From assembly GCA_965261545.1 (NCBI GenBank), contig CBDHDF010000010.1:512001-576000 (forward strand): a DNA stretch of 64,000 nucleotides, given 5' to 3'. The notes beneath the pieces were generated by a model that did not search any database, was not told where the DNA came from, and was given only the letters and a program-made list of their open reading frames with translations. Each line of letters opens with the position of its first letter. Position 1 is the stretch's first letter. Position numbers and translations under genes: made by a program. Origin of the DNA: Bdellovibrionales bacterium (GTDB lineage: Bacteria > Bdellovibrionota > Bdellovibrionia > Bdellovibrionales > UBA1609). This document shows, in pieces, positions 8,559 through 17,858 of this stretch.

Positions 8559-9422
8559 GAGCTATTAGTTGAGGAGGGTTATCGTGGGAGTGAGAGAACG
8601 GTTCAGAGAAGAGTTTGTGAGATTCTTGGTTCTCGCCCCAAGGAGCGTTTTTTCAGCCAAAGATATGATCCTGGAGAACAGGCTCAGTTTGATTTTAAGG
8701 AGAAGGTTGCTTTACCATTTGCCGATGGTGTTCAGATCGTTCATCTCCATTTTGGAACATTGCCTTGTAGTGGCACCTGTTGGGTTCGTGCCTACCCCTT
8801 TCTTGTCTATGAGTGTTTCATCGATGGGGTGCATGCTTTTTTTGAAAAGATAGGTGGGATGAGTGCGAACATCCGTATTGATAATTTATCTCCCTGTGTG
8901 AAGAAAGTTCTTAAAGGAAATCAGCGAATTTACACCCAATCTTTTGATCGAGCCATCCAATACTATGGATTTAAGGTTCTTCCCTGCCGCGCAGGGAAGG
9001 GCTCTGACAAGGGAGATGTGGAGCGTGATATTCGAACCTTCAGTTCTCGGATAAAAAATATTGTTAGAAACAAAGGAATTGTTTTTAAAGACTGGGATCA
9101 TTTGAATCAGTTTTTAGAGTCTTATATGGATCAGCATCAGAGTGACTCCACCAAATCTCGCTTTGAGGAGGAGGCCAAAGTTCTTAAGCCTTTGCCTCCA
9201 CGAGATGAAGATATTCTCTGTAAGGTGAATATTTGTCAAAGTAATGGTTATGGGACTTTGAGAATAGGTAAAACCACATATTCCATACCTGATGAGGTGA
9301 TCCAATCTCCCTGTAAAACCGTACAGGGTCCCTATCCCCGATGGGCGGGTTAAACCAGGCCATTTGTGGGCGGGCAAACCAGGCCATTTAGGGCGATCTG
9401 ACAAGATGGGCTCACCCTACCT

Positions 9423-10193
9423 TTAATTTTTTATCTTGACAAGTCGGTTTGAAGCTTCCTTCAATCGGTAGCTTTTTCCCTCAAATTTTAATAGTTGGCT
9501 GCAGTGGAGAAGGCGATCCAGGATGGCAGAGGCCACGGTATTATCGCCCAAACACTTTCCCCAGTCCTCAATAATGCGATTGGAGGTAATAAGAGTGCTT
9601 TTTCTCGCTGAGTATCGATCCAGAATGATTTCCTGGAAGTCATCGCAAGCCTCTGGCGGAATGCGCTTTCTAAGAAAAAGATCATCAATGATCAACAGGT
9701 CCACATGGATGAGTTGGGTGTAGAACCTCTTTCTGCGCCCCAGCTGCCTGGCCTCAAAGAGATTTTCAAAGAGCTTGTGAGCTTCTTGATACAAAACCTT
9801 GTAATTTGATATGGAACAGACCTTGGTGGCTATAGCTTTTGCAATGTGGCTTTTTCCAGTTCCAGGGGAGCCAATAAGCAAGGCTCCCTCCCCCTGCTTG
9901 ATGAACTTCAAGTTCATTAATTCCAAGATCATTGGCTTGGGTATTTTTGGGTTAAAATTCCAATCAAAGCCGGTGAGGGTGGACTCTTCCGTGAGCTTGG
10001 ATGCTTTGAGGAGTCTCTCACATTTTTTGCTTTTCTTGAAATCCTTTTCATCCTGTAAGAGCAATGAGAAGGTCTCTTGGAAGTTTTGTTGGTTCTGTGT
10101 GTGTTGGTAACTTCGAGCCTCAAATGTTTCAAACATGCCTATAAGCTTAAGGCTTTTGAGAGTCTCTTGTATTTCTGTAGGTGACATTGGCAT
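9423..10193 (-). CDS. istB: IS21 helper ATPase IstB
   Basis: Walker A GSPGTGKS, Walker B LLIIDD, ITSN, AILDRLLH, GKSYR. Confidence 0.95.
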   Translation of the reverse strand: MPMSPTEIQETLKSLKLIGMFETFEARSYQHTQNQQNFQETFSLLLQDEKDFKKSKKCERLLKASKLTEESTLTGFDWNFNPKIPKPMILELMNLKFIKQGEGALLIGSPGTGKSHIAKAIATKVCSISNYKVLYQEAHKLFENLFEARQLGRRKRFYTQLIHVDLLIIDDLFLRKRIPPEACDDFQEIILDRYSARKSTLITSNRIIEDWGKCLGDNTVASAILDRLLHCSQLLKFEGKSYRLKEASNRLVKIKN

Positions 10194-10272
10194 TGTGATT
10201 GCTCCTTTCCTCTAGAAGAGGGGTTGGGGGGGTGGATTAAGTAAGGTTGGTGCTAGGCTGAGGGTGTAAGGG

Positions 10273-12826
10273 CAATGGCATTCGTTTTTGCAGAAGGTTT
10301 TTCCACATTTTTCTGACTCCCTCTAACATACTGAGTTAAGGGGGCTTTTATCTTTTTTCTTTTTCCGAAAAAAAATACTTGAGTCCACCCCATCGTTGTG
10401 TCACATTATATTTGAACCATTCCCAAAGGGGAGAGACTCAAATGGACCCACGCATAGAGACATTGCCTTCAACAACTTTTTTTGGAAGACGCTTGACGCG
10501 CAAGCAAATTGCCGACATTCAAAAGACGGTGGCGCTATTTCCTTCTTTAAGTCGCCGTGAACTGGGTTATACAGTTTGTGAACATCTTGGTTGGCTAACT
10601 CCCAAAGGTGATCATCGCATCCAATCGTGCCTTCGTATGCTTGAGACGCTAGAGGAACTTGACATTCTATCCCTGCCAGAAAAAGACATGTCAAAGCGGA
10701 GTGTCCCCTCCAAAAAAATCACTTGGACACACCGAACAGATGAAAAGCCTCTCATCAACGATAAACTAGACTCATTGACCCCACTTTCTTTGCAAATCGT
10801 AACTGATCAAGAGGCCATTAAGGAATGGAATGAAGTTGTCGATCGGCATCATTATCTCAATTACAGACGTCCCTTTGGTCCCCACTTACGCTATTTCATC
10901 TTAGATAATTGTGGGCGAAGATTGGGTTGTCTTTTATTTGAAGCTGGCACATCCACTTTGCCTTGCCGTGATGAATGGATCGGTTGGCAAAATCGAGCTT
11001 ACAAAAAGCACTTGAATTTAGTGGTGAACAATAGTCGATTTTTGATCTTTCCCTGGGTAAAGGTTCGCCATCTTGCTTCGATGGCTTTATCTATGGCAAC
11101 TCGCCAACTTCCCACAGACTGGGAGTTAAAACATGCTTTCAAACCTGTACTCATGGAGACTTTTGTCGACCTTACCAAATTTAATGCCACGAGCTATCGT
11201 GCTGCCAACTGGCTTTATTTGGGCAAAACAAATGGGAGTCGTGCCTACAAAAATGTAAAGGGAAAAACTCAAAAAGGTGTTTATGTTCAACCTCTGACAA
11301 AGAATTATCAGTCTATCTTATTGAATGGCCCCCAATGCGCTATCAAGAAACCCGTCGGGAAACCCACCATCAAGCCACATAAGAACTTGGCTGAGCCTAT
11401 GCTAGAGGACTCTTTTGTGCATCTTTGGCAAAACATCATCAAGACAGTGGTTATCATTGCAGATGAGTACGACCGAACCTGGCAAAAGCGTCAACGTGTC
11501 TTGAATACATTGTTGATTATACTTTTCATCTTCCGACTTGTTTTCTCTAAAGGAAAACAAGGTTATGATACAACTTTGATTGAACTTTGGGAGCAGTGTC
11601 GCATATTAGACATTGAACTCCCTCAACCTAAACCAGTTCGGGCATCCACTATGTGTAGTGCACGGGCTAAAGTAGATGAAAATATATTTAAAGTTTTGCA
11701 TGATGAAATTCTTAAACAAGACGGTATATCCAATTCTAGTACCTTATGGAAGGGCCATAAGGTTTTCGCAGTGGATGGATCGAAAATAAATTTACCACGT
11801 CAACTCGTAGATAATGGGTATCAGCAACCATGGGAAAAAGCATGGTACCCTCAAGGTCTTGTCAGTTGCCTGTACCAACTACAGTCGAAGATTCCTGTGG
11901 ATTTTGATCTCTTTGCCCATAACAATGAGAGAAAGGCTGCACAAACTCATTTCAAAAAATTGTTTGAAAACGATGTTGTGGTTTATGATCGTGGCTATTA
12001 TTCCTACGAAATGCTTCATGAGCATAAGGTGCGAAGTCTGCATGCGGTGTTTAGGATAAGGAGAAATGCCAACACTGTTTTTGATGAATTTATTAATAAT
12101 GATCAAAAAGACTCAGTGATCCAAGTCATTCCTAGCAAGCAAATTCTGAAAGAACTACATAAAAAAAAGCCACAAGACGACTTCAAAGCCTACGCTTTGC
12201 GTTTGGTCAAATATAAAATTGGACAAACTACTTTTGTTCTAGGAACAACCTTAATGGATCAAAAAAAATATTCCATTGATGATCTGGCCAATCTCTATCA
12301 TGGACGCTGGAGTATAGAGGAACTGTACAAAATATCCAAAGAACTGATGACCATTGAAGAGTTTCATTCTCAAAGTGAAAGGGGAGTCAAACAAGAATTG
12401 TTTGCACACTTCACACTTATCACTCTGACAAGATTATTTTCCAACTACACGGAAGACCGTCTTAATACATCTCAATCCCATAGTAAAAAACAAACCATGC
12501 AGACAAACTTTAAAAACAATTTACTGACAATTGCAAGAAATATTGAAGGTCTTTTTCTTCAACAAAAGGTAGTGCTTAGTAAAACCCTCAATTGCATCAT
12601 TACAAATATGAAGACCTGCCGACAAAGGCTACGTCCGAATAGGCATTACGACCGAGTTTCTAGAAAACCCATCGGAGTATGGAGACCCAGTAAAGAGGTT
12701 AGGGGGGCTATGGCCAACGGATAATCACATGGATCAAAGAAAAAAACTTGGGGTTAGCCCACCCCCGAGGAGTTAGAGGTTCAAATCCTTAACCGAATGG
12801 GATCTCTCACTAAACGAATGCCATTG
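10273..12826 (+). mobile_element. IS4-family element encoding a DUF4338-transposase fusion, 2554 bp
   Basis: TIR caatggcattcgttt / aaacgaatgccattg. 10-bp TSD ggtgtaaggg (10263-10272, 12827-12836). Confidence 0.93.
10442..12724 (+). CDS. DUF4338 (DruA-like) domain fused to an IS4 transposase
   Basis: N-terminal half: HHYL, LRYF, RDEWIGW, NNSRFLI, HLAS, ETFVD, YRAANW. C-terminal half: AVDGS, VYDRGY, YHGRWSIEE. Confidence 0.88.
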   Translation: MDPRIETLPSTTFFGRRLTRKQIADIQKTVALFPSLSRRELGYTVCEHLGWLTPKGDHRIQSCLRMLETLEELDILSLPEKDMSKRSVPSKKITWTHRTDEKPLINDKLDSLTPLSLQIVTDQEAIKEWNEVVDRHHYLNYRRPFGPHLRYFILDNCGRRLGCLLFEAGTSTLPCRDEWIGWQNRAYKKHLNLVVNNSRFLIFPWVKVRHLASMALSMATRQLPTDWELKHAFKPVLMETFVDLTKFNATSYRAANWLYLGKTNGSRAYKNVKGKTQKGVYVQPLTKNYQSILLNGPQCAIKKPVGKPTIKPHKNLAEPMLEDSFVHLWQNIIKTVVIIADEYDRTWQKRQRVLNTLLIILFIFRLVFSKGKQGYDTTLIELWEQCRILDIELPQPKPVRASTMCSARAKVDENIFKVLHDEILKQDGISNSSTLWKGHKVFAVDGSKINLPRQLVDNGYQQPWEKAWYPQGLVSCLYQLQSKIPVDFDLFAHNNERKAAQTHFKKLFENDVVVYDRGYYSYEMLHEHKVRSLHAVFRIRRNANTVFDEFINNDQKDSVIQVIPSKQILKELHKKKPQDDFKAYALRLVKYKIGQTTFVLGTTLMDQKKYSIDDLANLYHGRWSIEELYKISKELMTIEEFHSQSERGVKQELFAHFTLITLTRLFSNYTEDRLNTSQSHSKKQTMQTNFKNNLLTIARNIEGLFLQQKVVLSKTLNCIITNMKTCRQRLRPNRHYDRVSRKPIGVWRPSKEVRGAMANG

Positions 12827-14732
12827 GGTGTAAGGGTGAGTGGTAGATTTCGTTGTTGGCATGTAAATCCCAGTAGATGGCATACTCGGATGGTGCTCGA
12901 ATGATGTCGTGGTCTTGGGTGAGGTGGGATTCCATCTTTTTCTCATCCACAGGGGGCTGTAGTTCCTCAACAAGCCTTTTAAAGACCCTAAGAGATAAGA
13001 CCCCTCTGCTCACAGCCTGAATGGCTGCTTTTTCAATAAGATCAGAGTGATATTTTTTAGCCAAGGACACCACCCCACGCATCTGCCTGTTTCCAACTCT
13101 CTCATCCACCCTGAGTAATGACTGACAAAAAGCTTTTGTTTGAGGGCCAATCTGACCCGCATCAGCTAAAATATTTTCTACATGGCGAGATGGATTATAA
13201 ACACGATCTTTGTCTAGCAAAGAGAGACTCCCCGGGAGAGTGGCTTTTTGGTGGCGGCGGATAACACTCATCGTAGCAGGGTCCATAATCTCTATGTCTT
13301 TATCATAAATACGCACAATGACTTGGCTCTTTAGATCAGAAGGGTAGGCGCAATAGTAACTGTTTCCCACTTGAATGAGCCCATCGTCTGCAACTGTTCG
13401 TATCTCTTGTTTAAAAAAATCAAATTTCTTTTGGGGGAGCTTTTTGAGAAAGGGGCTCTCTTCTTCAAACATCTCAGAAACGACTCGCTTGGTGCGACCA
13501 TGGACCCGAGGGCGAGCCCAAGTGTGCTCCCAGTGCATGAGCCACTCATTTTGCTCCTCAATGGTTTTAAATGAACGACCCTTCAGTGCTGTGTCTTGGG
13601 TGTGGTGAATGGCGTGCTCAACGGTTCCTTTCCTATCAGGATCACGAACTCTTGCCGGGTCAGCAACGACCCCGTAGTGAGTCAGTACAGCGCCATAAAC
13701 GGCGTTCAGCGTTGGCTCATAGATATCTGGCTTAATAACACCTTCCTTGAGATTGTCTAAGACGACATATTGAGGGCAGCCCAAAAAATAATGAAAAGCC
13801 TCCTCATGGAGTCTGCTCCACGTCTCTTGGCTGGACTTCCAAACAACCTTGCGAAAAGAGGCACGAGAGTACTTGAGGGTCATCACAAAAAGGCGAGGCC
13901 GCCTATATTTGCCTGTCCGGGGGTGAACAGTCAGAGCCCCTTGGCCATAATCCACTTGGGCTTCCTCTCCGGGGGGAAAATCCAAGCGATCATAGCGTTT
14001 GGGAGTACTCTTCTTCAGCTTCCTTACAAATTTTTTCACGCTGTCGTAGGAGTGAGAAAAACCAAATTTCTCCACTAAATCTTGGTAGATGGCCATTCGA
14101 TTGCGCTCTAAGTTCAAAGCCTGATTTTCAATCCAAGCCCTGTGGGGCTCACAAGCCGACTGATGACATAAGGGGCGTTGAGAGGTTTTATCTTTAAGAG
14201 ATTTTTTCAATCCAGGTGGTTCTATACAGTCCGTGGATCCAGTTTCTGTGGGAGCAGCCATCGGTTCCACCATGGTTGTGGATGGGCGCGTGAGGCAGGC
14301 GGAGGAGTGCATGGAAGCCCCATCAGACACGACAAGACATGCTGAGCCTGATCCTATAGGGGAAGATGGAGGCGTTTCTAAGGGGGGTGTGGCTTCCCCT
14401 AGAAGAACCTGCTGATTGAATTCTGTGGAGGAGACCGAAACTTCCTTGGGCTTTTCGAACTGGGCCACAGGAAGGCTTGGAGGCTCCGCAGAGCAAATTT
14501 CAGGAGAACATGAAGATGAACATGACTCTGCTTCTGAGCACACCGAAAAGGCTGGAGATTTTGGCTCTATACCTCCTGTACGCCCCTTTTTGGCAATGAC
14601 CCTATGGGCTTTCGCATACTCTGAAACCGTAGATCGACCTACATGTAGCCTTTTCGCTATTTTACGAAATGAGTGACCTGCTATAATTAATGTTAATATC
14701 TCTTCTTGTTTTTGTTTATTCAAGACGTTCAT
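12810..14732 (-). CDS. istA: IS21 transposase IstA; the last 7 codons are replaced by the IS4 insertion
   Basis: N-terminal HTH, SACEPHR, PGEEAQVDYG, VLDNLK, RKGTVE. The original C-terminus QPSTNLT* lies at 10237-10260. Confidence 0.93.
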   Translation of the reverse strand: MNVLNKQKQEEILTLIIAGHSFRKIAKRLHVGRSTVSEYAKAHRVIAKKGRTGGIEPKSPAFSVCSEAESCSSSCSPEICSAEPPSLPVAQFEKPKEVSVSSTEFNQQVLLGEATPPLETPPSSPIGSGSACLVVSDGASMHSSACLTRPSTTMVEPMAAPTETGSTDCIEPPGLKKSLKDKTSQRPLCHQSACEPHRAWIENQALNLERNRMAIYQDLVEKFGFSHSYDSVKKFVRKLKKSTPKRYDRLDFPPGEEAQVDYGQGALTVHPRTGKYRRPRLFVMTLKYSRASFRKVVWKSSQETWSRLHEEAFHYFLGCPQYVVLDNLKEGVIKPDIYEPTLNAVYGAVLTHYGVVADPARVRDPDRKGTVEHAIHHTQDTALKGRSFKTIEEQNEWLMHWEHTWARPRVHGRTKRVVSEMFEEESPFLKKLPQKKFDFFKQEIRTVADDGLIQVGNSYYCAYPSDLKSQVIVRIYDKDIEIMDPATMSVIRRHQKATLPGSLSLLDKDRVYNPSRHVENILADAGQIGPQTKAFCQSLLRVDERVGNRQMRGVVSLAKKYHSDLIEKAAIQAVSRGVLSLRVFKRLVEELQPPVDEKKMESHLTQDHDIIRAPSEYAIYWDLHANNEIYHSPLHPMAFV

Positions 14733-15299
14733 CCTTCCCTCCCAGGTTGTTTTCTAGAAGGTATTTTACAATACGCCTTGTCAGATATTAAATTTTAAAT
14801 GGCCTGGTTTGCCCGCCCACAAATGGCCTGGTTTGCCCTCCCCTCCGGGCTATCATGTCACGATCTATCGTGCAGGAGGGAAGCAAGAAATTGTCGCTCG
14901 CCATCAAAGAAAACCTGATGGGGAGCATAGTCTTCTTCTTGAACATATCCTTCCCTCTTTAGTTCGTAAGCCGCAAGCCATGGTAAGATGGGCTCACCGA
15001 TCCATTCTTTTTCCAACAAATGTGTTTGAAAATTTTTATCAATACCTCAAGCAACAAGATTCAAGCCGTGCCGAGCATGAATATTTAAGAGTTATCAACT
15101 TGATTCAGCATGTGAGTTGGCAGGACTTATCTACAGCCATGGAGCTTCAATTAGAAAGTCGTGAGATTTTCGACTTTAAATCCATAAAAGATTTGCTCTT
15201 AGGCAATCCCACCAAAATTAATTTGAATGACCAACAAAAACCACTTCAACCTAGATTGTCTCAATATGACAGTCTTGTTCCAAACATAGGAGGTTCTTA

Positions 15300-15704
15300 A
15301 TGAATCACGAAGAACTTATAGGTTCTCTTAAAAAACTCCGACTTCCAGCGATGGCGGATGAATATGTTGCAACGGCTAGAGTTGCCGAAAAAACAAAAAA
15401 GACGTATGAACAGTATTTAGGTATACTCGTTCAAAATGAGCTTGCTGACAAGCATTCCCAGAGAGTGAAAAGATTGCTTAAGGGGGCCAAGCTTCCTCAA
15501 CTTAAATCACTCCAAACTTATAACTTCCAGAAAAGAACGGGAGTGACAGCTCAGCAAATTAATTGGATGGCAGAGGGAGAGTGGGTCAGAAAAGCCTGTA
15601 ATGTTGTGTTTTACGGAAGCTTTGGAATGGGGAAAAGTCATTTGGCCATGTCCCTAGTTCGTTCACTCTGTGAACAAGGCTATCGATGTTTATGGGTCAC
15701 CACT
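15300..15704 (+). pseudogene. istB: 5' part of IstB of IS21 element 1
   Basis: LKKLRLP and Walker A GSFGMGKSHLA. Cut by the transposon terminus at 15705. Confidence 0.9.
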
Positions 15705-16019
15705 TGTTATACGATACTTTATTCTGACTAGAATTCGCCTTTATTTTTTATTTTTCTTTGACCATCCCTAGAGAATTATTACATTCCCTTGACTAAGTCT
15801 TGTCATAACCTCCCCATGAGTTTAATACTCTGCATCAGGAGGTGTTATGATTTTAGCTACTTTTGTATCAACGGATGACCTTGTAAAAGAAGGTAAGAAT
15901 TACAATTGGAAGAGGCCATGTAAGTGCCAAAATCCCGGATGTAAAAGTGAGAAGCTCTGGGGCCATGGCTATGTGAAGAGATACTTTTTTGCATGCTCTG
16001 AAGCGGTCTACCTCAAGCG

Positions 16020-17436
16020 CAATGCCGTTTCCTTAAGCCACCACACCCCTCTGCCTCTGCGTTAAGCTATTTCTTTTAAAAGAACTCCCAGCCCTTTTGA
16101 TAGACCTTTCATAGCTTCTTTTGAAGTGCCTCCTCTTCTCCATTGAAATCTTCATCAGCAACTTTATCTGCTTCCTAAATTTCTGATAGAGCCCCGCAAC
16201 AAAAAGAGGGATGCTATCCATTATGAAATCAAGAATCAGTTTAAAGTTAGGTTTTTTGTAGTCATTTTTTACCAACTGATTCACACTGTCTTCATCCTCA
16301 TTTATGCTCATTTGAATCTTTGTATAATTGAAGAGCCAAAAATAAGAATACAGCTCTTGCAATATTCCATTAAGGCTTGTTGAGTGCCACTGCTCCATTT
16401 TCATTGTCGATGTAAAATCACGAAATGTCGTTTCTATTTCCCAACGACGAGAGTAAAGAGCAACCATATCCTTCTTGTCCAAGGAGCCATGCGGAAGATT
16501 AGTGGCCAAAACAGAGAACTCCCCAGTCTTTGGGTTTTTATACTTATAGAGATGAATGACCACCCCCTCAATAACCATTCGTGAATACCAACCTGGGCCA
16601 TTAAATAAATTTACAATGGGGATAAAAGTAGAGCCTCGCTTACAACGCGCAATAAAGAAGTTACTGGCTTGAGCATGGGCCTTAATAATCTCTGTAGATA
16701 AATAAAGCCTATCGTAGAGAGTTATGCTATTACTCTCAAAACTACCTATCATTTGAATAGCATTGGCGATTTCGTTGAGAGCGGGAGAAAAGCAAAGATT
16801 CTTTGTCACACCCGATAAAACGTCATAAGCATGAGATAGATACATACGTAAGAAATGAGTTTCCATCTCATTTGGGCAAGGGTACCCACAATAACCCTCC
16901 TTTAAAAGATCTTTAGAGCGAGGAAGTGCTAATTGGTCGCCATCTATGGCATAGATATAAAAACCATGAAACGTTTTTCTCAATGGTTCGTAGTCTGTAA
17001 TCAGAGATTCAAAGATATCTTTGAAAAATAGGTAAGAAATACTTTGACGTATCTTGCTGAGACTGCTTTTGACTGGCATGAGAAGCAGGTCACCAAAATG
17101 AGTCCATACCGTCTTAAGAGCGATTTGGTAGCCTTCGTAATTTGTTCCGGAAATAAGATAGATAATGGTAAAAAAGAAAATTTGAGGATTAAATTTTCGA
17201 TTCCTTTTTTGTTTTTCTGGATCGACAAGGTGCTCTGGCTTGAAGGAAGAATCAAGTTTTGGTAGAATAAAATGGTCATCTGTGACGCGAACTCGTCATT
17301 TGGGGGCTTTCGAGATCAATATTGGATTGCATGTGACTTACTCCTTGGTTGAGGGTTGGGTGTAAAATAAAACAAGTCTTATTCTTGTCGATTTATCTAA
17401 TAATTTCAAGAGATTTTTCTTAAGGAAACGGCATTG
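16020..17436 (-). mobile_element. IS4-family element B, 1417 bp
   Basis: Perfect 18-bp TIR caatgccgtttccttaag. 10-bp TSD acctcaagcg (16010-16019, 17437-17446). Confidence 0.95.
16033..17295 (-). CDS. IS4-family transposase; the frame is open 72 codons upstream of the first ATG (17079)
   Basis: Motifs AIDGD, LYDRLY and YSRRWEIE. The upstream part encodes RNRKFNPQIFFF. Confidence 0.88.
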   Translation of the reverse strand, partial: RVRVTDDHFILPKLDSSFKPEHLVDPEKQKRNRKFNPQIFFFTIIYLISGTNYEGYQIALKTVWTHFGDLLLMPVKSSLSKIRQSISYLFFKDIFESLITDYEPLRKTFHGFYIYAIDGDQLALPRSKDLLKEGYCGYPCPNEMETHFLRMYLSHAYDVLSGVTKNLCFSPALNEIANAIQMIGSFESNSITLYDRLYLSTEIIKAHAQASNFFIARCKRGSTFIPIVNLFNGPGWYSRMVIEGVVIHLYKYKNPKTGEFSVLATNLPHGSLDKKDMVALYSRRWEIETTFRDFTSTMKMEQWHSTSLNGILQELYSYFWLFNYTKIQMSINEDEDSVNQLVKNDYKKPNFKLILDFIMDSIPLFVAGLYQKFRKQIKLLMKISMEKRRHFKRSYERSIKRAGSSFKRNSLTQRQRGVVA

Positions 17437-17858
17437 ACCTCAAGCGCTGGCGGTGTCCTCACTGCCACAGTGTTATAACGACAAGACCCAAGTCGTTCTG
17501 GCGTCGTTTTCAAGAGACAAAGTCTCGTATTTTCGAAGCATTACGACATCGTCTGAACCCCAAGATTCCCAAGGCATGGCCCCTTTGGACAACGAGGCAA
17601 AGAGCGGGGCACTGGCTGAAAAAACTTCTTAATCACGCTAAGGCTTATAATCTGATGAAAGAAAAAGATCCACTTAGCACAGTGGCCTTTTATCAAGAGA
17701 AAAACCTGGACATTTTTGGTTAACGAAGTTTGCCAGTGCTCCCATTTATTTTCAACCTACCGTTTCTTGTCATTAACAAAGAGTCAGGAAGTTGTGTATC
17801 TCTTATTTCAAGAAAGATTTCCAATAACGGAAATTAAATCAAAGAAAGAGAGGTCAAA

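Larger units (their letters stand above)
9337..14849 (-). mobile_element. IS21-family element 2, complete, with CCCG...CGGG termini
   Basis: 5-bp TSD ctatc (9332-9336, 14850-14854). Both ends carry two copies of aaaccaggccattt followed by atctgacaag. Confidence 0.9.
7716..15300 (+). pseudogene. istA: IstA transposase of IS21 element 1, in three pieces (7716-7964, 8565-9336, 14855-15300)
   Basis: Removing the MITE and IS21 element 2 restores one frame: ...REIYEL|LVEEGYRGSERTV...PGEQAQFDF...RIDNL...DKGDVE...VQGPY|HVTIYR...LSQYDSL. Confidence 0.9.
7149..15704 (+). mobile_element. IS21-family element 1 (left end, istA, 5' part of istB), carrying nested insertions
   Basis: TGT terminus with repeats gtcgccaat(g/t)aaa..g.cca at about 7177, 7542 and 7580. 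The istA and istB fragments are colinear. The right end is not in the window. Confidence 0.88.
15847..17723 (+). pseudogene. Cys-rich Zn-ribbon protein (DUF6431-like), interrupted by IS4 element B
   Basis: Rejoined across the TSD acctcaagcg it reads CQNPGC..LWGHGYV..VYLKR|WRCPHCHSVITTRP...DIFG*. Confidence 0.8.

Noticed and set aside
10379..12724. Druantia defence system
   Set aside because: There is no DruE helicase or other dru gene. The DUF4338 domain lies inside an IS.
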